DNA of 16,653 nt from an uncultured Nitrososphaeraceae archaeon (GTDB lineage: Archaea > Thermoproteota > Nitrososphaeria > Nitrososphaerales > Nitrososphaeraceae), in assembly GCA_963765895.1 (NCBI GenBank), contig CAVXZB010000080.1:1-16653 (forward strand), read 5' to 3'. The translations under genes were made by a program, and so were the position numbers. A model generated the notes under the pieces. That model worked only from the letters and a program-made list of their open reading frames with translations, searched no databases and was not told the origin of the DNA. Each line of letters starts with the position of its first letter. Positions within the stretch are counted from its first letter, which is position 1. Below are positions 9,729 to 16,653 of the stretch, one piece after another.

Positions 9729-10693
9729 CGAAAGTTCGATATAACGCCTAAAGCTGCCCTTCTTCAATCAGAAGCAAAAGGATCAATCAGAAACTTTGCC
9801 TTAATGTTTGGATTAGAGTCATTTAATAGAGCTATAAATGATTTTTCATATAGCATAGAGACTGGCGAAAATTCATTTAAACATACAAATGGCTTGGACA
9901 TGTTTGAGTATTTTCAACAGGATCAAAATCGAAAAGCTGCTCAGATATTCAATAGTGCAATGGCATCACTTACCTCGTCATATGCTTCATCGATTTCTTC
10001 CATGTATGACTTTTCACAATTTAATACTGTTGTTGATATTGGAGGAGGACAGGGTATCCTTCTATCAACTCTCCTAAAGAATAATCCTAATCTCAGTGGT
10101 ATATTATTTGATTTACCTCATGCAATTGAAAGCGCCAAAAACCTGTTTATTAACGAGTCTACAAATCCAAGAACTGAAGATAGCAAGATTTCTTTCTCGT
10201 TGTAAATTAGTAGAATGAAATTTCTTCAAATCTATTCCTCTAGGTGCAGATGGCTATATCATAAAAAATGTAATTCTTAACTGGGATGATGATTCTGCTG
10301 CAATTATTTTAAAGAACTGTTTCCAAGCTATGGAAAAAACAAAATCAAAAGCAACGGCTACAACAACAATTATGACAGTGAATGCAAGCCAAGATGATGA
10401 TAGACAAAACAAGAATAATCCTAAGCTATTGATTATTGATCTAATCATGCCAGAAGGAAACAAACCATTCATTGGTAAATTTATAGACATAGTGATGCTT
10501 GCGCTCACTCACAAAGGAAGAATAAGAACTGAAAAAGAGTTTCATAAATTACTCAATAGTTCTGGTTTCATTATCACCAATATAATACACCAGTCGGATA
10601 ATGATAACTTTCTCAGCATTATTGAAGCAACACCATCATCATCAAATCAAATCATATCACGTGACATAACACAATAGTAATAATACTCTCGCC

Positions 10694-10998
10694 CGGTCAA
10701 TCAATAGATCCAAGTAAAAGATTTTGGTAAGATACAAAGAATAGGATCTCGGAAATGAAAAAATGGGCTAGATTTCTGAAGAGAGCCAGAGATGAGGAAC
10801 AAAGTGAAAGACTAAACCTAGCAGTTGTAGGCAGCAAACAATCATTATGCTGTCTTTGGACCTGGCACTGCTAACGCTTTTAGAAAAATGTTGGATTTGT
10901 CAGAAGTAGCATAGAATGAGGGTGTTCAAGTCCCCAAGACAGAAAAAAGAGCATCTTATAACTCAAAACAAACTAGTCTATCAGATTTTTTGAAATGA
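10694..10998 (+). pseudogene. DUF72 (YecE-like) protein, C-terminal part
   Basis: RSI..KDFGKIQ / NRISEMKKWARFLKRARDEEQSERLNLAVV / AANNHYAVFGPGTANAFRKMLDLSEVA*..KQTSLSDFLK*. The NNH..G..A..A motif is the typical DUF72 C-terminus. Confidence 0.8.
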
Positions 10999-11289
10999 AG
11001 TATGAATCAATTAGTTGGTCTGATCATTAAAATTTGAATTGGCTCGATCGCATCCAAGATTCCTACTAAGCCTTAGTATTTGTTGGGTTTTTAGATTGCA
11101 TGTCCTTTAGGACTAAAAAGTGCAATGGAATAACATATCTAGTTCTTCTATGCTATATCTGGATAATATATCGATAATTTTGTCGACAAATCTATCTGAA
11201 ATCTTGTGACCTTTAAGACCAGTGATGAATGCTATATCTGACTCTTTTTTCAAAAAATCCCTAATTTTATCTAACTGGATATTTTTATT

Positions 11290-11512
11290 CGTACCATCGG
11301 AAACTATTATACATCGTTTATAGAAAAATTAAGGCCATTTTCATTAAAAGATCGAGAAATAGCAGAGCAGTCTTAATATCGTTATTACCAAAGAAGATTG
11401 AATTCTTGAACAAGGAAAGACGAGAAATGGCTGTCGATCCATGGGAGCGAGTAGATTCGATACTATCGATCTCTTCCATAGTCATTTTAATATCCATAAG
11501 TGGGTTAGATAA
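11290..11512 (+). pseudogene. Probable C-terminal remnant of a biotin carboxylase subunit
   Basis: GNYYTSFIEKL resembles the terminal G.y.T.FIE motif of biotin carboxylases, followed by an EIA/AVL..DPW tail. It abuts the BCCP remnant (AGATAA, possibly a decayed ATGA overlap). Confidence 0.5.
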
Positions 11513-11944
11513 AAATCAAAGTTAACGATATTCCATATAGCATAGAAATCGTTGGAGACAAAGTCAAAGTAAATAATGATAAAGAATTGATAATAAAACA
11601 GCTGAATCCAGATGAATTAGAGATAAATGATAAGTCATTTCATTTAGATTTTGTAGGAGAAGGCGAGCCATCAATCGTGATAATAAATGGTATGGTCTAT
11701 ACAGTCTTAAAGGAATCTCCAATCCATGCCTCATTTAAGGAATAAAAGCTCAATCGGCGGCAGGATAGCGAAAATTTTAGTAAATGTAGGGACTGAAGTC
11801 AGAAAGGAACAAGTTCTATTTGTTTTGGAGGCAATGGAGATGGAGAACAGATTGCTATGCCCAGTTAATGGAAAAAAGGTTAAAGAAAAAGTCGTCAAGG
11901 GCCAATCTGTAATGACTGGTGAAGTAACCTTAAGCTTTAAGTAA
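11509..11944 (+). pseudogene. Biotin carboxyl carrier protein (biotinyl domain), decayed
   Basis: IKIKVNDIPYSIEIVGDKVKVN...SFKE / GGRIAKILVNVGTEVRKEQVLFVLEAMEMENRLLCPVNG..VVKGQSVMTGE. Start reads ATA, there is a frameshift near 11742, and the EAMKM biotin-lysine motif reads EAMEM. Confidence 0.85.
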
Positions 11945-12151
11945 CAATGAAAAAAAGATAAAACTCATCAAAGGTACAACAACTAAGGTAATGTGAGCTA
12001 AGTATTATGATAGTTACCTAATAATAGATCTAATGACATATATTGCCATCATAAAATGCCAATTGGTACGAGGCTCTAGGCTGAATCGTGAAGTAGACAG
12101 AATCGAATAGAGTCAAAAAATGATCCTAAGACAGCGAATACTTAATTAAAC

Positions 12152-12619
12152 TTGGACAATATATCAATCAATACTATGAAAGTCGCAGATATTATGAGGA
12201 AAAAACTTGAAACCATTGAGGAATTATCTTCTACTCGAGAAGCTGCTCAGAAGATGAAGGACAAGAATGTCAGCTCTTTGGTAGTAGTTGATGCCAGTGG
12301 CAAGCCGCAAGGCATAGTTACTGAACGAGATCTGGTGAGGAAAGTGTGTATTAATGACTTACGTATTAGCACTGTGACAAATAAGGAGATAATGTCTTCT
12401 CCTATAATTACTATCGAGTCTGACTCCTCTCCATCAGAGGTTGCTGATATGATGTTACAATATAACCTAAGACATTTGCTTGTCGTTCATAATGCTACTG
12501 ATAATTCGGATAACGGCCCAATTGGCATACTCACACCGCTTGACTTTACAAGATATCAAGATTATGCAAACGATAATGAAAAAGATTCTATTGAAAAGAT
12601 ACTTGAGTATTACATATAA
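12152..12619 (+). CDS. CBS-domain pair protein
   Basis: KVADIM..AAQKMKDKNVSSLVVVD..GIVTERDL and EIMSSPIITI..M..NLRHLLVV..IGILTPLD. Start may be ATG 12176. Confidence 0.92.
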   Translation: MDNISINTMKVADIMRKKLETIEELSSTREAAQKMKDKNVSSLVVVDASGKPQGIVTERDLVRKVCINDLRISTVTNKEIMSSPIITIESDSSPSEVADMMLQYNLRHLLVVHNATDNSDNGPIGILTPLDFTRYQDYANDNEKDSIEKILEYYI

Positions 12620-12883
12620 ATGTAGGTTCATTGTCGCCCATAAGTTGCAGTAATAGATTTGACAAATTATCCTCGAAGACGTTTATAATAGCCAGGAAAA
12701 TTATAGTGGTTAAGACTGTTAAGTCCGAACGTCTTGAAAATATAGATACTATATTTGTAGATGTAAAAAGAGGCTACTAGCAATTTTGAGATATTACTTT
12801 ACACACTATTTTTGATGCTCATTGAAATAAAGGTAGGCCAGGAGCAAAACTAAACGAATGACAATAGGGAATATTCTTGTTTT

Positions 12884-13465
12884 CTATTGTTTATTAGTTA
12901 GGGGAAATTGGAGATGAGGGTTAGAATATGTGGCACTATAGATTTTTATGCAAAGATCTTCTGACCAATATTGAGTGAACCGCTCATGTAATTCACCTAG
13001 ATGGGGAAGTGTTTGGCTACTTACAAAAGACGAAATTGTATCCTGATTCTTAATTATTATCTTGAATATATCCCTAGCTGTGATTATGTCTACCAGTTTA
13101 CCGTCTTGCTCAATTATCGGGAGTCGTCTTATACCCTTTGACTGCATTGTCTCTACCGCATCTTTAAGCGAACTACTGGATGTTATGCTGATTACCGGCT
13201 TACTCATTAGCTGTTGTATCGGAGTATGATAGAGTGTCTGATCAAATGAGCCTATTATTCGAACAAGATCTCTTTCAGTTATAATACCAGTAACCTCATA
13301 TTGGATCTCTATGTTGTTACCCAATGTATTGTTTCTTATAATTAGGACGTTATCGATATTGTTTTCAAACATAGTTCTAGAAATTGCTTGGATGGTTTGA
13401 TCCTCAGTTTGGACTATTACATTCTTAGTCATAATGCTTGACACTGGAATTGACTCTAAGCTCAT
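12884..13465 (-). CDS. CBS-domain pair protein
   Basis: IPVSSIMTKNV..GIITERDL..LMSKPVISI..AVETMQSKGIRRLPII..DIITARDI. ATG 13465 (MSLESIPV) is preferred over 13525. The last ~20 aa may be a frameshifted extension. Confidence 0.88.
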   Translation of the reverse strand: MSLESIPVSSIMTKNVIVQTEDQTIQAISRTMFENNIDNVLIIRNNTLGNNIEIQYEVTGIITERDLVRIIGSFDQTLYHTPIQQLMSKPVISITSSSSLKDAVETMQSKGIRRLPIIEQDGKLVDIITARDIFKIIIKNQDTISSFVSSQTLPHLGELHERFTQYWSEDLCIKIYSATYSNPHLQFPLTNKQ

Positions 13466-13711
13466 CAACCATTGATACAACAAACAATATATTACATTTT
13501 TGGATTGTAGTGCATGACAGTGCATAATATAATATTATTACATTTTACCATCGCCTAATCTGCAATACGCATAAAAATATTGACTATTAGTATTACCTTA
13601 AACTAGAATTAGAATATTATATAATATATGGTACATAATAGACTGTACTAAACATCGTCCGAATCAAGAACGTATAATAGACTTTATCATGATATTCAGA
13701 AATAAAGTAAT

Positions 13712-14207
13712 ATGGTAGTGGAAGATGTAATACCAACAGCTAGCGATAGTAATTGCAAATACAGATAAGAAAATACTTGCCCAAATAGATGGCTCGGAAT
13801 GTTACTTAAATGCGGCTAAGTATGCAATATAGCTTGCAAAAGACAAAAATGCTCAGTTATTTGTATCCACGTTATTGCAAGCATACGGTATTGCAAGCAT
13901 CTATATGGATATAGTATCTCTCCATATGCGATAGATCAATACTTCAAAAATATACAAGAGAAAGCGCAATATTGGTTCAAGGAAGTGAGGGATATGACAA
14001 GAAAGGAAAATATTGCAGAGCAAAAAACCGAGATTTTCACTGATGTAAAATCCATTGTAGGGTCTATCTTGACTACGCTACTAGCAAGGATATAGATCTA
14101 TAGTAATAGGAACAAGAGGAAGAACTTGACTAAATAGATTCTTGATTGGGAAAGTGACAAATGGCGTAGACCAACATGCTCGTTGTACTGTCATGATTGT
14201 TAGATAA
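13712..14207 (+). pseudogene. Universal stress protein (UspA family), disrupted
   Basis: Stitched: IRK/ILAQIDGSECYLNAAKYAI*LAKDKNAQL/CIHVIAS...SIVGSI/DYATSKDIDLIVIGTRGRT*LNRFLIG/VTNGVDQHARCTVMIVR*. Classic Usp motifs with TAG 13830, TGA 14127, several frameshifts and a duplicated TATTGCAAGCAT (13873-13884, 13889-13900). Missed by the ORF track. Confidence 0.9.
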
Positions 14208-14310
14208 AAAGACATCACTACAGGACAGGTAATGCCTTTTTTTCGTTGTATATTCATACTATTTTGATAAGATTAAGTCCATTTACTGGATAGACCATAA
14301 TAAGTAATTA

Positions 14311-15117
14311 TCATAAATATTTTTGAAAATTGGTTCTCTTATTATGATCAAGATCCATGTAGAGATGTGTGACGTCTTCTGCAATATCGGCGTAGCTCAA
14401 GGTATCATTAAACTCAATCCTATCGTAAAGATAAAACCTATTTTGTACAATGAAAATATTTAAGTGTAAGTCACCATGTATATCATGAATTTTGCCTTTA
14501 TGAATTCTATGTAGAAACCAATTTTTGTTGTCGTAGACAAAAGAAAGTAGTACTCTCTGCAATTTCCAGCCGACCTTTACAAGTTTTGCAAGTGTATTAA
14601 AGTTCTTATTTATTTTCTCATTTATGAATTTTGGTTGGTCGTATTGTTAGATCTCTTTAGATGTTCTTGTACGAATATGAAATCTAATCAGAATTTCTGC
14701 TATATCGATAGTTCTACAGTTAACTTTTCCCATAAACAAAAGATTATCCAGACGATACCGTTCTGGAATCTCTCTCATTTTAACAGCATATTCTAAAGGT
14801 TCGCCCTTACCCTTCAGATTAGTGATTCGTAGAACATCGGCTTATTTTTTCTGACAATTTTCACAACCTCTTTATACATATTCCCGCAGAGAATTCTATT
14901 TAACTGGACCTCTTTTTGACATGATCTCTTTTCTGCGTTCTAGTGATAAAAAGTCTAGAATCTTACCAAATTTAGGACTTTTTATTTTATATACATATAA
15001 TCCTGTTAGAAATATCCATGAGATGCGTGTTTCTTCAACAAAAACTTTTGATATTTTATGAGGATATACATTTTCTGTTCCGAGCCCTACTATTACATTT
15101 CTGTGAAAAATACTCAT
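14311..15117 (-). pseudogene. COG2187-type aminoglycoside-phosphotransferase-like kinase, frameshifted and 3'-truncated
   Basis: YPH..EETRISWIFLTG.YVYKIK..LDFLSLERRK / CQKEVQLNR / EYAVKMREIP / IHDIHGDLHL-NIF..YDRIEFNDTLSYADIAEDV..MDLD. It has the kinase catalytic loop HGDL and the family D.IEFN motif. Confidence 0.88.
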
Positions 15118-15461
15118 TTGTCATCAACTTGATAATACTTCGATTCAAATTATCTCTACGGTATTCTTTGGTACTTGTAGACTGATGATTTGGGTAGTGA
15201 GCTTTTCTTTAATTGGTTACATATACCCTTCATGTCTGTGTAAATTAGTATTAACTACCATCTTAACTATTATCTTGTAGATACAAGATATTATCAACTT
15301 GACTAGTAAGTTGTCTTCTCAATAAATTATCAATGCATTCGTTATTGCCATAGTTAATAAGATAATATTGCGATCTGTAGAATTGATTTGAATAATCGGT
15401 ACACTGCATCACAGCGAAAACAAATTCTTCATATATAAAACTCATGATCAAATGTACATAT

Positions 15462-16362
15462 ATGATGGATGCTGAACCAAAACGCATTGAACTATATTCA
15501 ATTAAAGATAATAGAAGTGAGTAATAAATCCATTACGCTTGAACCAGAAAATACACTCTTTGATGCCCGCGATACCTTACTCCGATATAATATTAGTAGG
15601 ATTGTAATTGCTAGGGATAATAAAGGCTTTAGGGATAGTTACAGAAAAGGATATTTCGCGTATACTATACACTGAACCACAACACAGACAATTCAAGGAG
15701 ATCAGATTAGACGGGGTAATGAACAAAAATCTTATAACAGTTAAAGGAGAGAGGGATTTGAAGTCTTGTGCCAAGTTAATGTTAGAACACAAGATTAGTT
15801 CGATACTTGTAGTTGGTGAAGATGGACTTCTCGGCGGAATAGCGACAAAGAGTGATTTAGTAGATTCATATGCAGTGCATTACGGCCATAGGAAATTAGT
15901 CGAAGATTTAGTAGAAAAATATACGACAAAAAAAGTATTGACAGTGACTTCGGATGAACCTATACATATGGTCATTATGCTAATGACTGACAATAAAATA
16001 TCCAGAATCGTTGTGACAAGAAATCGAAAGCCGGTTGGCATCATCACAGGGCGTGATTTGTTACCCATCAGTTTATTATTTGGGATAGGGATATATGGTC
16101 ACCATTGGGACATACCTGAGACAGGCTGAGCACATAGAAGAGAACAGATTCTTATCCCATCTAGCATTAAAGCAATATTTTAGCAATGGATGTAATGAAG
16201 TATGATCCAATAACTATTACAAGTGATTCTGATTTAGCTGAAGTTACTCATATATTGGTAAGAAATAGAATAAGTGGTATTCCAGTAGTAGATTCAGATA
16301 ATATTCTCGTGGGTATAATAACAAAGACGGATATAGTAAAGATGTTGGCCTCGGATAATTAG
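15462..16362 (+). pseudogene. Four-CBS-domain protein, disrupted
   Basis: ITLEPENTLFDARDTLLRYNISRIVIA / GIVTEKDI..KISSILVV..GIATKSDL..KISRIVV..GIITGRDL..G*AHRREQILIPSSIKAIF / AMDVMKYDPITITSDSDLAEVTHILVRNRISGIPVVD..GIITKTDIVKMLASDN*. Frameshifts near 15622 and 16180, TGA at 16127-16129. Confidence 0.9.
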
Positions 16363-16653
16363 TCACTATATGGAGATAAAGAATCTGAAAACGAATCTCT
16401 GATCATTTTCGCAACTCACTCTTCCCTTGTTGATGATATCTATTCATCTGAAATAATAGATGATGCCTCATTTGTTTGAAAAGATCGATTTGTGCTTGTA
16501 ACGATTCCATCTCTGTCTCAATAAACCGGGATGTCATTTTGTGATTCGCATCCAAATAGAGGATTTAACGACCCTGCATATAAGTGATAATGGAATAATG
16601 ACGTCTCTTCAGCTAGTACAAATATAGGAGGCATCGAGTAATAAATGAGATCT

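Noticed and set aside
9889-10508. ORFs 9889-10077 (+) and 10254-10508 (-)
   Set aside because: Alternate-frame and antisense shadows of the methyltransferase.
12690-12800. Possible second Usp fragment (ENIDTIFVDVKRG/SNFEILL)
   Set aside because: Only a faint resemblance to the Usp D.IVVG.RG motif and too degraded to call without a profile search.
15263-16068. Minus-strand ORFs 15263-15487, 15577-15792 and 15880-16068
   Set aside because: Intergenic or antisense shadows of the four-CBS gene, with no motifs.
16400-16653. Short minus-strand helical-looking frame (MTSRFIETEMESLQAQIDLFKQMR...)
   Set aside because: Under 50 aa, interrupted upstream and near the window edge. No family recognised.

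Overview
AT-rich (roughly one-third GC by eye) archaeal-type accessory region. Protein styles and the short IS6-like element suggest a soil ammonia-oxidising archaeon (Nitrososphaeraceae), which is inference. About six genes look intact: an RTX/Ca-binding secreted protein, a cupredoxin-like secreted protein, a small secreted protein, an MBL-fold hydrolase and two CBS-pair proteins. They are interleaved with many decayed genes that the ORF track splits or misses: an IS6-family element with perfect 16-bp TIRs that truncates a winged-helix gene, an NmrA-like SDR, a DUF72 gene in two halves 2.9 kb apart flanking a tyrosine-recombinase remnant + MBL hydrolase + O-methyltransferase, biotin carboxylase/BCCP remnants, a Usp, a COG2187-type kinase and a four-CBS protein. 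The most notable items are an unannotated 72-codon LIM-like double zinc finger (5021-5239, one internal TGA), a CBS/Usp/COG2187 cluster whose composition resembles the mycobacterial DosR dormancy regulon, the split DUF72 insertion, and a cupredoxin with a remodelled type-1 copper site. No rRNA, complete tRNA or CRISPR array was seen.
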